Source of the DNA: Aliivibrio fischeri ES114
GTDB taxonomy: Bacteria > Pseudomonadota > Gammaproteobacteria > Enterobacterales > Vibrionaceae
Reading direction: 5' to 3' (one strand)
Length of the DNA stretch: 32,000 nucleotides
NCBI RefSeq assembly: GCF_000011805.1
Contig: NC_006840.2
The position numbers were made by a program, and so were the translations under genes. The notes below the pieces were generated by a model. The model had not been told where the DNA came from. It saw only the letters and a program-made list of their open reading frames with translations, and did not search any database. This document shows, one piece after another, positions 1 through 11,520 of the stretch (position 1 is its first letter; each line of letters begins with the position of its first letter).

Positions 1-318
1 GATAAGTTCGACATTATTGTGAGTAATCCCCCTTATATTGATGGTAACGATCCTCATTTATCTGAAGGGGATGTTCGTTTTGAACCGCAAACCGCTTTGG
101 TTGCAGAGCAAAATGGTTTTTCAGATTTAATTCACATTATGCAACACGGCCGAGAGTATTTATTAAATGGCGGTTGGTTAATGATGGAGCATGGTTTTGA
201 ACAAGGTGAACAATTACGTCACTTTTTTGAAGAGCATGGTTATATTAATGTGAAAACAGAGCAAGATTATGCTGGCAATGACCGAGTTACTTTAGGTCAA
301 TGGGTAGTAGATAACTAG
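1..318 (+). CDS. prmC: Peptide chain release factor N5-glutamine methyltransferase PrmC (HemK), C-terminal part, truncated by window start
   Basis: Frame open from base 1; DKFDIIVSNPPYIDGNDPHL has the NPPY methyltransferase motif; C-terminus GYINVKTEQDYAGNDRVTLG is PrmC-like; followed by sirB2/sirB1/kdsA as in Vibrio. Confidence 0.95.
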   Translation, partial: DKFDIIVSNPPYIDGNDPHLSEGDVRFEPQTALVAEQNGFSDLIHIMQHGREYLLNGGWLMMEHGFEQGEQLRHFFEEHGYINVKTEQDYAGNDRVTLGQWVVDN

Positions 319-333
319 AATAAAGGATAATTC

Positions 334-717
334 ATGTATACCGCAGTTAAACACATACACTTATTATTAGTCGCTTGTAGCGTATTGTTTTTTGTCGTTC
401 GCTATTGTTTGATGATGGCAAATTCTGACATTCGTAATAATGGCTTCTTTAAGCGTGTTCCTCACGTTGTTGATTCAGCAATGCTACTTAGTGGTATTTG
501 GCTTATTTTTATTACTGGATTCATTCCATTTACGTCATCTGCACCTTGGTTAACAGAAAAAATTACCTGTATTATGGTTTACCTTGCTTTAGGTGTGGTT
601 ACTTTAAATAATGGTAAAAACAAAGTCTTTAAGACCTTTGCATTTTTAGGTGCAATGGGTTGGTTAATGGTTGCTGCTAAAATTGCGGTAACAAAAGTAC
701 CAACGTTCTTGGGGTAA
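334..717 (+). CDS. sirB2: SirB2-family integral membrane protein
   Basis: 127 aa, several hydrophobic segments, located between prmC and sirB1. Confidence 0.85.
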   Translation: MYTAVKHIHLLLVACSVLFFVVRYCLMMANSDIRNNGFFKRVPHVVDSAMLLSGIWLIFITGFIPFTSSAPWLTEKITCIMVYLALGVVTLNNGKNKVFKTFAFLGAMGWLMVAAKIAVTKVPTFLG

Positions 718-719
718 TT

Positions 720-2398
<1,679 letters not shown>

Positions 2399-2419
2399 TC
2401 GAGTTTTAAAGAATAAATA

Positions 2420-2457
2420 AAAAAGCCCAAGAGAGAATACTTTCTTGGGCTTTTTTA
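2420..2457. terminator. Bidirectional intrinsic terminator between convergent kdsA and cobA
   Basis: AAAAAGCCCAAGA gagaatact TTCTTGGGCTTTTTT. Confidence 0.85.
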
Positions 2458-2476
2458 TTATCTGAATGGTAAAAAA

Positions 2477-3253
2477 TTATTCGTTTGGTTTAAACCAATC
2501 TAATTTATGATGAAGTGTTGTTACGGTACCTACTACGATCAGCGATGGACTGATGGCTTTTTCTGCTAACTGCGCAAGTTCTGAAATATCGCCAGTAAAT
2601 ACTTTTTGTTTATTTGTTGTGCCTCGCTCAATAATTGCACATGGTGTATCAGCAGCTAATCCATGTTTTATTAACTGTTCAGATATATGAGGAGATTGCT
2701 TTAATCCCATATAAAATACTAAGGTATTATTAGAGCGGACTAATGCATCCCATTCAATATCAGCACCATCTTTTTGTACATGAGCTGTGATAAATTGAAC
2801 ACTTTGGGCATGATCTCGGTGAGTTAATGGGATACCTGCGTATGAGGTTGCCCCCGCCGCAGCTGTGATCCCCGGAATAACTTCAAAGTGAACGCCATTT
2901 TCAGCTAACGTTTCAAGCTCTTCTCCGCCACGCCCAAAGATAAATGAATCCCCACCTTTAAGGCGAACAACGTGCTTACCTTCCTTTGCTTTATCGACTA
3001 GAATTTGATTGATTTTATCTTGAGGAACGAAGTGGAAATCCAGTTTTTTTCCAACATAAATCATTTCAGCATTTTCATTTGCAAGCGCTAAAATTTCTTT
3101 TGAGACTAGGCGATCATAAACCAAAACATCCGCTTCTTTGATTAATCGATAGCCCTTCATGGTTAATAGTTCGGGATCACCAGGGCCTGCGCCAACAAGA
3201 GAAACAAGTCCGTTTTGTTTTTTCTGCTCAGACTGAGCTTGAATACTTGGCAT
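2477..3253 (-). CDS. cobA: Uroporphyrinogen-III C-methyltransferase (SUMT)
   Basis: 258 aa; [69 protein letters not shown] motifs; next to nirBDC (siroheme supply). Confidence 0.93.
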   Translation of the reverse strand: MPSIQAQSEQKKQNGLVSLVGAGPGDPELLTMKGYRLIKEADVLVYDRLVSKEILALANENAEMIYVGKKLDFHFVPQDKINQILVDKAKEGKHVVRLKGGDSFIFGRGGEELETLAENGVHFEVIPGITAAAGATSYAGIPLTHRDHAQSVQFITAHVQKDGADIEWDALVRSNNTLVFYMGLKQSPHISEQLIKHGLAADTPCAIIERGTTNKQKVFTGDISELAQLAEKAISPSLIVVGTVTTLHHKLDWFKPNE

Positions 3254-3303
3254 AATGGAATTCCAGAATAAGGTTTAATCACCTTAGTATGTAAGAGTCG
3301 ATA

Positions 3304-3341
3304 AAAAAAATCACCCTTAATCAATTATTAAGAGTGATTTT
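3304..3341 (-). terminator. Intrinsic terminator/attenuator between nirC and cobA
   Basis: Minus strand AAATCACtCTTAAT aattg ATTAAGgGTGATTT followed by a run of Ts. Confidence 0.7.
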
Positions 3342-3381
3342 AATCGCATGAGTTATAACTAATCTAAACGGAAATAAATTC

Positions 3382-4191
3382 TTAAGCGTCTAATGATGGC
3401 GCTGTTTTTACGTGTGTTAGGTATAGAGGAATACATGTAAATAGTAGACCACCAACAATGTTACCTAAAATAGTTGGGATTAAGTTGTAGCTTAACCATG
3501 TAGTGATACCAAAGTCAGCACCAAGCATCATACCTAGTGGGAATAGGAACATATTTACTACCGCATGTTCAAATACAAGAGCGAAGAAGATAAAGATAGG
3601 TAGCCACATTGCTGCAATTTTTCCAGCAACAGAACGAGCTGTCATATTACCAATGACACCTAGACATACCATTAGGTTACATAAAATACCGCGTACAAAA
3701 CAGGTAATCCAACCATCCATACCTAGGTTTTCAAAACCAACAGTACGTGCAGTAGCAACCGCCATGAATTTTTGACCAACTGCGTTTGGCTCTACGCTGA
3801 AATTCATTGTTAATGATAGTGCAATAAGAGCTGCAACAATTAAAGAACCAATTAGGTTGCCAAGACCAACAAGACCCCAACAACGGAAAACACGTCCCCA
3901 AGAAACGCCTTTACGATTTTCAAATTTAGCAAGAGGAGCAAGACCAAATACACCAGTAACAAGGTCATAGCCCATTAAACTTAAAATACAAAAACCAACA
4001 GGGAAGACCAGAGCGCCAACAATACCTACACCTGTTTGAACAATAGTCGTGATAGCAACAACAACAGCCAGAGAGAGAATAATACCAGCCATTGTGCCAC
4101 GTAAGATAAGATCACGAGAGCTAGTTTTAATCTTTGCTTCGCCAACATCGATCATAGTTTGGACGAATTCAGAGGGTTTGTTATAAGACAT
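3382..4191 (-). CDS. nirC: Formate/nitrite transporter family protein (NirC-like nitrite transporter)
   Basis: 269 aa, multi-TM; GFCILSLMGYDLVTGVFGLAP, WGLVGLGNLIGSL, GILCNLMVCLG, FEHAVVNMFLFPLG FNT motifs; between nirD and cobA. Confidence 0.9.
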   Translation of the reverse strand: MSYNKPSEFVQTMIDVGEAKIKTSSRDLILRGTMAGIILSLAVVVAITTIVQTGVGIVGALVFPVGFCILSLMGYDLVTGVFGLAPLAKFENRKGVSWGRVFRCWGLVGLGNLIGSLIVAALIALSLTMNFSVEPNAVGQKFMAVATARTVGFENLGMDGWITCFVRGILCNLMVCLGVIGNMTARSVAGKIAAMWLPIFIFFALVFEHAVVNMFLFPLGMMLGADFGITTWLSYNLIPTILGNIVGGLLFTCIPLYLTHVKTAPSLDA

Positions 4192-4300
4192 AGAAGTCCC
4201 TTACTAAAAGTTAAAATTAAAAATTGGATAGGAAAGGGCTCTAGTCGCTGTTTTATGAGCAGTAAATAGGAGACTAAAACCCTTGAACTATCAAATCTTC

Positions 4301-4630
4301 TTATGCTGAGATTTCAACATGTCCGTTAGCTACACGAACTTTGTATGTCTTTACGTTAAAACGCTCGTCTTCCATACATGCACCAGTCACTAAATTAAAG
4401 TGTTGTTTCTTTAGTGGACTTGCTACCCAAAGTTCGCCTTGGTGTTCACCCGTTAAACCACGAGAAAGTACGTTTGAATTAGCGAATGGGTCACGATTAC
4501 TAATAGCAAAGACTTCATCATTTTCTCTTGGACGAAATACAGCCACTTGTTCGCCATTTACAAGTGCACAAACACCAGTGCCAGGGATGATGTCATCGAG
4601 TTGGCAGATTTTTTGAAATTTAGCAGCCAT
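4301..4630 (-). CDS. nirD: Nitrite reductase (NADH) small subunit
   Basis: 109 aa Rieske-like NirD; 2 bp from the nirB stop. Confidence 0.95.
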   Translation of the reverse strand: MAAKFQKICQLDDIIPGTGVCALVNGEQVAVFRPRENDEVFAISNRDPFANSNVLSRGLTGEHQGELWVASPLKKQHFNLVTGACMEDERFNVKTYKVRVANGHVEISA

Positions 4631-4632
4631 GA

Positions 4633-7209
4633 TTATTTCTCCACTGTTGCATCAGTTAGAGCGACATGCAGAATATCGCCTTTTGCATTTGGGTTTTTCT
4701 CTGTGTATGTTGCAGGACGGTGTTGTTCACGACCATCTGAAACAAAAACCACATTGTCATCACGCTCATCACTATTGATGAAATGAGTAAAACGTTTTAA
4801 CTGAGATTCATCATTGATGGCGTCTGTCCACTCACATGAGAATTCATTAACCAGTTTTGCAACATCCAGTTCTAATTGATCATTGATACCCAGTTTGTTA
4901 TCAACAATAACTTCACGTAAATAATCAACGCCACCTTCAAGGTTTTCCATCCACACAGAGGTACGTTGCAGTGGTGCAGCCGTACGAATGTAGAACATCA
5001 TGAAGCGATCGATGTATTTAATTAATGTTTCTTGGTCTAGGTCGGTAGCCAGTAAATCAGCGTGACGAGGTTTCATACCGCCGTTACCACATACGTACAT
5101 ATTCCAACCAGCATCGGTAGCAATAATACCTAAATCTTTACCTTGAGCTTCTGCACATTCACGAGTACAGCCAGATACACCGAACTTCATTTTATGAGGC
5201 GTACGAATACCTTTGTAGCGATTCTCAATCATTACTCCAAGGCCAACAGAGTCTTGAACACCATAGCGACACCACGTTGAGCCAACACACGTTTTAGCCA
5301 TACGAAGAGCTTTTGCATACGCTTGACCAGTCTCGTATCCAGCTGCAATCAGTTTTTTCCAGATAGCTGGCAAATCGTCTTTTTGAGCACCAAATAAACC
5401 AATACGTTGAGCACCAGTGATTTTTGTATACAGGTTATATTCAGCCGCTACATCAGCAAGAACGCTTAGAGCCTGAGGTGTTACTTCACCACCTGCCATA
5501 CGAGGGATAACAGAATAAGTACCATCTTTTTGCATGTTGCCTAAGAAGTTATCGTTAGTATCATGCAGTTTAACCAGCTCAGGTTTTAGAATGTGTTCGC
5601 CCCAGCATGACGCTAAGATTGAACCAACGGCTGGTTTACATACTTCACAACCGTATCCTTTTCCGTATTTTTCTAGTAGCTCATCAAAAGTTTTGATCTC
5701 TTCAATACGGATAAGGTGGAACAGTTCTTGGCGAGAATAAGCAAAGTGTTCACAGATATCATTTTTTACTTCAATACCTGATTTTGCTAGTTCTGCATTA
5801 AGAACAGACGTTACTAGAGGGATACAACCCCCACAGCCAGTACCCGCTCCAGTAACCGCCTTAATTTCTGCCATTGTGTGATTGCCATCAGCAACCGCTT
5901 GAGCAATTTTTCCTTTTGTCACATCAAAACATGAACAAATTACGGCACTTTCAGGTAATGAATCAGCACCTAAAGAGGGTTTTTCAGCACCAGCATGCGC
6001 AGGTAAGATCAGAAGGTCTGGATGTTCAGGTAAATCGATATCATTCAGTTTAAGTTGAAGTAAATCACCATAGTCAGAAGTATCACCTACCATTACTGCA
6101 CCGAGTAACTTTTTGCCATCTTCAGAAACGATAATGCGTTTATAGATTTCTTCTTCTTCGTTTTGGTAAACGTAGCTTTTACAACCAGGAGTACGGCCAT
6201 TCGCATCACCAATTGAGCCTACTTTAACGCCTAGAAGTTTTAATTTTGCGCTCATATCGGCGCCTTCAAACTCACTTTCGTTACCAACTAAATGGTCAAC
6301 AGCAACCGTTGCCATTTTGTAACCAGGAGCAACCAGTCCATAGAAGGTTTGGTTCCAAGACGCACATTCACCAATTGCGTAAATGTTTTTGTCTGTTGTT
6401 TGGCAGTTGTTGTTGATTTCGATACCGCCACGAGGAGCAATACCTAAGCCCATTTGACGAGCCAGTTTATCTTGAGGGCGAATACCTGCAGAGAAGACAA
6501 TGAAGTCTGTTTCAAGCTCAGAACCGTCAGCAAAGCGCATTACGTTTCGAGCGTCAGTACCTTCTGGTGCAATCTCAAGTGTATTTTTACTTGTATGAAC
6601 TTGTACGCCCATACGTTCAATTTTATTACGTAGTTGCAGACCACCTTGTTGATCAAGCTGTTCAGCCATTAATACAGGAGCAAATTCAACAACGTGAGTC
6701 GTTACCCCTAATGCTTTAAGTGCACCAGCAGCTTCAAGGCCAAGAAGGCCGCCACCAATAACAACGCCACTTTTACTTTTCTTAGCGGTCGCTTCAATGG
6801 ATTTTAGATCTTCAATGGTACGGTAAACAAAACAGTCTTTGCTTTCATTACCTTTAATTGGTGGGACAAATGGGTAAGACCCCGTAGCAAGGATTAGCTT
6901 GTCATATTGAATTTCACGGCCAGTGCTTGAGTAGACAATGCGGTTTTCACGGTTAACGTTAATTGCACGTTCGCCCAGTAATACATTGATGCCGTGTTTT
7001 TCGTAGAAGCCTTCTTTAACAAGAGAGAGTTCATCAGCAGTATGATGAGAGAAGTAGGACGAAAGGTGAACACGATCGTATGCGATTCGAGGTTCTTCAC
7101 AAAACACAGTGATGTCCATGTTTTGAACGTCAGTTTTATCGACTAAATCTTCGATATAGCGATGACCAACCATGCCATTACCGATGATGACTAACTTCAT
7201 CTTGCTCAT
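4633..7209 (-). CDS. nirB: Nitrite reductase (NADH) large subunit; start chosen at MSKMKLVIIGNGMVGHRY rather than the track's 7281
   Basis: N-terminal FAD/NAD oxidoreductase (VIIGNGMVGHR), BFD-like C-x-C region CSCFDVTKG...TGCGGCIPL, siroheme/4Fe-4S region GVSGCTRECAEAQGKDLG. The 24-aa extension in the track begins at TTG and overlaps the putative regulatory region. Confidence 0.95.
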   Translation of the reverse strand: MSKMKLVIIGNGMVGHRYIEDLVDKTDVQNMDITVFCEEPRIAYDRVHLSSYFSHHTADELSLVKEGFYEKHGINVLLGERAINVNRENRIVYSSTGREIQYDKLILATGSYPFVPPIKGNESKDCFVYRTIEDLKSIEATAKKSKSGVVIGGGLLGLEAAGALKALGVTTHVVEFAPVLMAEQLDQQGGLQLRNKIERMGVQVHTSKNTLEIAPEGTDARNVMRFADGSELETDFIVFSAGIRPQDKLARQMGLGIAPRGGIEINNNCQTTDKNIYAIGECASWNQTFYGLVAPGYKMATVAVDHLVGNESEFEGADMSAKLKLLGVKVGSIGDANGRTPGCKSYVYQNEEEEIYKRIIVSEDGKKLLGAVMVGDTSDYGDLLQLKLNDIDLPEHPDLLILPAHAGAEKPSLGADSLPESAVICSCFDVTKGKIAQAVADGNHTMAEIKAVTGAGTGCGGCIPLVTSVLNAELAKSGIEVKNDICEHFAYSRQELFHLIRIEEIKTFDELLEKYGKGYGCEVCKPAVGSILASCWGEHILKPELVKLHDTNDNFLGNMQKDGTYSVIPRMAGGEVTPQALSVLADVAAEYNLYTKITGAQRIGLFGAQKDDLPAIWKKLIAAGYETGQAYAKALRMAKTCVGSTWCRYGVQDSVGLGVMIENRYKGIRTPHKMKFGVSGCTRECAEAQGKDLGIIATDAGWNMYVCGNGGMKPRHADLLATDLDQETLIKYIDRFMMFYIRTAAPLQRTSVWMENLEGGVDYLREVIVDNKLGINDQLELDVAKLVNEFSCEWTDAINDESQLKRFTHFINSDERDDNVVFVSDGREQHRPATYTEKNPNAKGDILHVALTDATVEK

Positions 7210-7267
7210 AAGAAATCCTATTATTTTTGATATATAGATATGATGAATTATGAACGAATGTGTAGAT

Positions 7268-7281
7268 ATGATGTGGATCAA
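7268..7281 (-). promoter_or_regulatory. Candidate FNR box upstream of nirB
   Basis: Minus strand TTGAT-CCAC-ATCAT versus consensus TTGATnnnnATCAA (9/10), centred about 65 bp upstream of the nirB ATG. Confidence 0.6.
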
Positions 7282-7442
7282 TTACGAAATAAAACTACTC
7301 GAAAGGGGTAGCTCTAAGGTGGTAATATCACTTTTTGTTATTAAATCAAGTGGTTGTATGTGGCACGTGAGTAATGTGTGTAGTTTTTTTACAATATCTA
7401 ACAGAATTATTTTCTTTTTTGTTGGTTTTATTCTGAGTTTCT

Positions 7443-7483
7443 GAAAAAAAAAGACAGAATGTGAATTCACGTTCTGTCTTTAA
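7443..7483. terminator. Intrinsic terminator downstream of the MCP gene
   Basis: AAGACAGAAtGTG aatt CACgTTCTGTCTT flanked by an A-run (T-run on the minus strand). Confidence 0.8.
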
Positions 7484-7505
7484 TTTAGGGATATGTTTAA
7501 TGAAT

Positions 7506-9380
7506 TTACAGTTTAAATCGGTCGATTTCTTGTTTTAATTCATTTGACAGTTCAGAGAGTTCAGACGCCTGAATGACAGATTGTTTTGTTTCTTCTGTTA
7601 GTTCGTTTGAAACATCACGAACCGCTTCAGTATTACGTGTGATTTCTTCAGTTACAGATGATTGCTCTTCGGCGGCCGCAGCAATTTGAGCTGCCATATC
7701 ACTTATTTGAGTCACTGAGTTCGTGATTTGCAACAAGCTTGCTGAGGCCGATTGCGCATCTTCTACACTTGTATTTGCAAGGTTCTGGCTATCTTCCATA
7801 ATGCCAACTGCTTTTTGAGTTGTTCCTTGCAGTGTTTCGATCATTTGCTGAATTTCTTGAGTAGAAGCATGAGTTCGTTGGCTTAGAATTCGAACTTCAT
7901 CAGCAACTACTGCAAAACCACGACCTTGTTCGCCTGCTCGAGCTGCTTCAATAGCAGCATTTAATGCAAGCAAGTTAGTTTGTTCTGCAATGTTTTGGAT
8001 TGTTGAAAGAATCGTATTGATGTTCTGAGCATTATGGTGAAGTTCTTCAATAACGCCAGTTGCTGTTTCGACTTCTTTTGCAAGGTTGTCGATAGAGTGT
8101 TGGCTTTGGCTCACTTGCTCTGCACCATGATTTGATGCTGTCACGGTTTCTTCAGCTGTTTGAGCTGTATTATCAGCATTACCCGCAATCTCTTGTGTCG
8201 CTGCTGCCATTTCATTAATCGCAGTTGCAACCATATTGATTTCATCCATTTGATGTTGGATACGAACATTACGTTCTTCCGCTCCCTCTGCCGTAGAGTT
8301 TGCTTGGTTTGCTAGTGTTACTGAAATATCACGTAAACGACATACCATTGAATGCATGTTACCAACAAAGGTATTAAAGTTAATGGCAAGTTGACCGACT
8401 TCGTCATCGCTATGAGGTTCTAGACGTTGAGTTAAATCGCCTTCACCAGATGATATTTCTGCTAGTGCGTCTGATACTCGGATTAAATCTCTAAATAAAA
8501 GATTAACTAATGTTGTTACACCAATAGCAACAATTACCGTTAACACAATGCTTAATAAAATGATTTCACGAAGTAGGGCACTGTGAGCCGCTTCTTCTGT
8601 TTCTTTTGTCATTTCAACTGCAAATGTCCAATTAGTATTTGGTACTTTAGCGAAATAAACCAGTTTTTCACTGCCGTTAATATTAGCAACTTCAATGCGA
8701 TTTGCGCTGATTGAATCTTGAATACTTTGGGCGCTCATATCGCTGAAATAGCGATTCACTTCTTTTTTAATTAGCGCTTTATTTGGGTGAGCTAGGAACG
8801 TGCCGTCACTATCAATTAGCATCGTAATGGTATCTTTACCTGCATCTAAACTGATCACATCATCAATTAATTGATCAATAAGAACGTCAGCACCAACAAC
8901 ACCTAAAAATTGACCATTTTGATAGACAGGTTCTGCGATGGTTACCAGTAGAGACTGAGTGATAGCATCTTGATAAGAAGAGGTGATGATCTGCTTATTT
9001 TCACGTTGAGCTTCTTGATACCAAGGTCGTTGACGAGGGTCGTAATCTGCTCGATTTCTCTCGGGGTGGGAGCGGAACATTTCGCCTTGTGGTGTTCCAA
9101 AGAAAATGTCATCAAATCCACCAGCTTTACGACTGATTTGTAGGAATGAAACAACATCTTCTTCTTGGCTATAGTCATTAAAGGCATGTGCAATTTCAGC
9201 TTTTAATGTTATCCAGTTTGATATACCGGTTGTTGCAGCAGATGTAACGCTTTCTGCACGTGAATAGACACCATTGCGTGTTTGTTCAAACAGTTGGTTA
9301 GAAGCCAACCAAGTAAGAGCAGAGGCAGTGATGATGACAGCAAGTAAACTAGCACCGATTAACTTATGTTTTAATTTCAT
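7506..9380 (-). CDS. Methyl-accepting chemotaxis protein (periplasmic dCache-like sensor, HAMP, MCP signalling domain)
   Basis: 624 aa; N-terminal [17 protein letters not shown]-type dCache segment, HAMP, and hairpin core [35 protein letters not shown]. Confidence 0.95.
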   Translation of the reverse strand: MKLKHKLIGASLLAVIITASALTWLASNQLFEQTRNGVYSRAESVTSAATTGISNWITLKAEIAHAFNDYSQEEDVVSFLQISRKAGGFDDIFFGTPQGEMFRSHPERNRADYDPRQRPWYQEAQRENKQIITSSYQDAITQSLLVTIAEPVYQNGQFLGVVGADVLIDQLIDDVISLDAGKDTITMLIDSDGTFLAHPNKALIKKEVNRYFSDMSAQSIQDSISANRIEVANINGSEKLVYFAKVPNTNWTFAVEMTKETEEAAHSALLREIILLSIVLTVIVAIGVTTLVNLLFRDLIRVSDALAEISSGEGDLTQRLEPHSDDEVGQLAINFNTFVGNMHSMVCRLRDISVTLANQANSTAEGAEERNVRIQHQMDEINMVATAINEMAAATQEIAGNADNTAQTAEETVTASNHGAEQVSQSQHSIDNLAKEVETATGVIEELHHNAQNINTILSTIQNIAEQTNLLALNAAIEAARAGEQGRGFAVVADEVRILSQRTHASTQEIQQMIETLQGTTQKAVGIMEDSQNLANTSVEDAQSASASLLQITNSVTQISDMAAQIAAAAEEQSSVTEEITRNTEAVRDVSNELTEETKQSVIQASELSELSNELKQEIDRFKL

Positions 9381-9462
9381 GATTTTGCCTAATCTTATTA
9401 AAAGTAATCCATTAATATTAAAAAGCTGTGATTTGTTGGTCTTATTATAAGCTTTGATTATG

Positions 9463-9489
9463 TTATCGGGGCAAAGTGAAATAACTTTA
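9463..9489 (-). promoter_or_regulatory. Sigma-28 (FliA) promoter for the MCP gene
   Basis: Minus strand TAAAGTTA-N11-CCCGATAA versus consensus TAAAGTTT-N11-GCCGATAA (14/16), exact spacing, about 80 bp upstream of the MCP start. Confidence 0.8.
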
Positions 9490-9805
9490 CTTATTTATAA
9501 GTAGTATTGATGATAAATATTTCAGGTTTTAGTTTTTTATATAAAAAATGAGAATGGACGTAGTTTAATAAGTAAACACTAACCTGAAACGTAAACGGTT
9601 GCGTGTTTAGTGTGTGTTAATTCCTTGTGTGGTTTATCTTTTTTTACATAATGATCAGTAATTTTTAGTGATCTAATAGACATATTTATGAGATCAATGT
9701 GAGTGTATGACGTAATTCTTTTAAACTTGGTCAGGTTATTTGACCAGTTAAAGAGATAACATTCTTACTGGTTATAATTTATCCCCCTTTGAATAATGGT
9801 GAAAC

Positions 9806-11467
9806 ATGATGGAACGTCTTTCTCTAAAAACAGCTATTGCAGCTGCATTGGTAACAACTTTAGCTGGTTGTGCGACAACGTCTGAACCTGCTTGGCAAGA
9901 AGATACAACATATAAAATCACAGTATTGCATACCAATGATAACCATGGTCGTTTTTGGCAGAACAAATATGGTGAGTATGGAATGGCTGCTCGTAAAACG
10001 TTGATCGATGACATTCGAACTGAAGTGCAAGCAGAAGGGGGCAGTGTGCTTCTTTTATCTGGTGGTGATATTAACACTGGTGTACCAGAATCAGATTTAC
10101 AAGATGCAGAACCTGATTTCAAAGGCATGAATAAAATTGGTTATGATGCGATTGCATTAGGTAACCACGAATTTGATAATCCACTGGATGTACTGCAAAA
10201 ACAAATTGATTGGGCTGAGTTCCCAATGTTATCTGCCAATATCTATGATAAAAAAACTGGCGAACGTATGTATCAAGCATACGAAATCTTTGAAAAACAA
10301 GGTATTAAAATCGCTGTAGTTGGTTTAACAACAGAAGATACAGCAAAAATTGGTAACCCTGAGTACATCGGTAGTCTTGAATTCCGCGATCCTAAATTGG
10401 AAGCAAAGAAAGTGATTGCTGAATTAAATGAAACTGAAAAACCTGACCTTATTTTTGCCGTAACTCATATGGGACACTATGAAAATGGTGAGCGTGGTAT
10501 TAATGCTCCAGGTGATGTTGCTCTAGCGCGTTCTTTGGATATGGGTGAGTTAGATATGATTGTGGGTGGTCACTCGCAAGAGCCTGTATGTATGGAAGGC
10601 CCTAACTTAATTAAGAAAAACTTTAAGCCGGGTGATGAGTGTAAACCAGACCAGCAAAATGGTACATGGATTGTTCAAGCTCACGAATGGGGTAAATACG
10701 TAGGTAAAGCTGATTTTGAGTTCCGTAATGGTGAATTAGAAATGGTTAGCTATGATCTTATTCCTGTTAACTTGAAGAAAAAAGTAAATATCGATGGTAA
10801 AAAACAACGTGTATTTATTGAAGATGAAATTGAACAAGATGCAGAGTTACTTGCTTTCTTAAAACCGTTCCAAGAAAAAGGACAAGGCCAACTTAATGTT
10901 AAGATTGCTTCAACTAATGGCAAATTAGAAGGTGATCGTAATGTTGTTCGTTTTGAACAAACTAACTTAGGTCGCTTGATTGCTACATCACATATGGTTC
11001 GTGCAAAAGCTGATTTTGCAGTAATGAACTCTGGTGGTGTACGTGATTCAATTGAAGCGGGTGATGTAACTTACAAAGACGTATTAACGGTTCAACCATT
11101 TGGCAATATCGTAACTTATGCGGATATGACGGGTAAAGAAGTGTTAGATTACCTTAACGTAGTTGCGACTAAGCCTGTTGATTCTGGTGCCTATGCTCAA
11201 TTTGCTGGCATTAAAATGACTGTTGAAAATGGTAAAGTATCAAATGTATTTATTGGTGGTAAGCAATTACGCCTAGATGAAACATATCGTTTTACAGTAC
11301 CAAGCTATAACGCTGCTGGTGGCGATGGATATCCAAAAATTTCAGATCACCCAGGCTATGTAAATACTGGTTTCGTTGATGCTGAAGTGTTGAAAGATTT
11401 CCTAGAAACAAACAGCCCAATCGACGTAAATACATTTGCTCCGCGTGGTGAAATTGTTTACAAATAA
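9806..11467 (+). CDS. nutA: Secreted/lipoprotein 5'-nucleotidase (NutA/UshA family)
   Basis: 553 aa; lipobox LAGC, ITVLHTNDNHGRFW metallophosphatase motif, GNHEFDNP, GGHSQEP, C-terminal 5'-nucleotidase domain NSGGVRDSIEAGDVTY. Confidence 0.92.
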   Translation: MMERLSLKTAIAAALVTTLAGCATTSEPAWQEDTTYKITVLHTNDNHGRFWQNKYGEYGMAARKTLIDDIRTEVQAEGGSVLLLSGGDINTGVPESDLQDAEPDFKGMNKIGYDAIALGNHEFDNPLDVLQKQIDWAEFPMLSANIYDKKTGERMYQAYEIFEKQGIKIAVVGLTTEDTAKIGNPEYIGSLEFRDPKLEAKKVIAELNETEKPDLIFAVTHMGHYENGERGINAPGDVALARSLDMGELDMIVGGHSQEPVCMEGPNLIKKNFKPGDECKPDQQNGTWIVQAHEWGKYVGKADFEFRNGELEMVSYDLIPVNLKKKVNIDGKKQRVFIEDEIEQDAELLAFLKPFQEKGQGQLNVKIASTNGKLEGDRNVVRFEQTNLGRLIATSHMVRAKADFAVMNSGGVRDSIEAGDVTYKDVLTVQPFGNIVTYADMTGKEVLDYLNVVATKPVDSGAYAQFAGIKMTVENGKVSNVFIGGKQLRLDETYRFTVPSYNAAGGDGYPKISDHPGYVNTGFVDAEVLKDFLETNSPIDVNTFAPRGEIVYK

Positions 11468-11487
11468 CAGTAAGTTTACTGGTTAAT

Positions 11488-11520
11488 AAAAAGCCTCCAG
11501 ATATTTGGAGGCTTTTTTTA
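11488..11520. terminator. Intrinsic terminator between nutA and smrA (convergent)
   Basis: AAAAAGCCTCC agatattt GGAGGCTTTTTTT. Confidence 0.85.

Noticed and set aside
3503-3775. 90-aa plus-strand ORF
   Set aside because: Antisense to nirC, low-complexity composition, no SD.
4341-4616. 91-aa plus-strand ORF
   Set aside because: Antisense to nirD, which is clearly the real gene.
4547-4786. 79-aa plus-strand ORF
   Set aside because: Antisense to nirD and the nirB 3' end, no family signature.
5534-5740. 68-aa plus-strand ORF
   Set aside because: Antisense to nirB.
6894-7100. 68-aa minus-strand ORF
   Set aside because: Overlaps nirB in another frame with no family signature.
7250-7470. ORFs 7250..7444 (+) and 7282..7470 (-) in the nirB upstream region
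   Set aside because: Mutually antisense, overlapping the putative FNR site and the MCP terminator; composition is AT-rich intergenic sequence.
8942-9193. 83-aa minus-strand ORF
   Set aside because: Overlaps the MCP gene in another frame.
9728-9746. TGGTCA...TGACCA inverted repeat upstream of nutA
   Set aside because: Only 6-bp arms in AT-rich sequence; too short to support a specific claim.
9772-10128. 118-aa minus-strand ORF
   Set aside because: Antisense to the nutA N-terminus.
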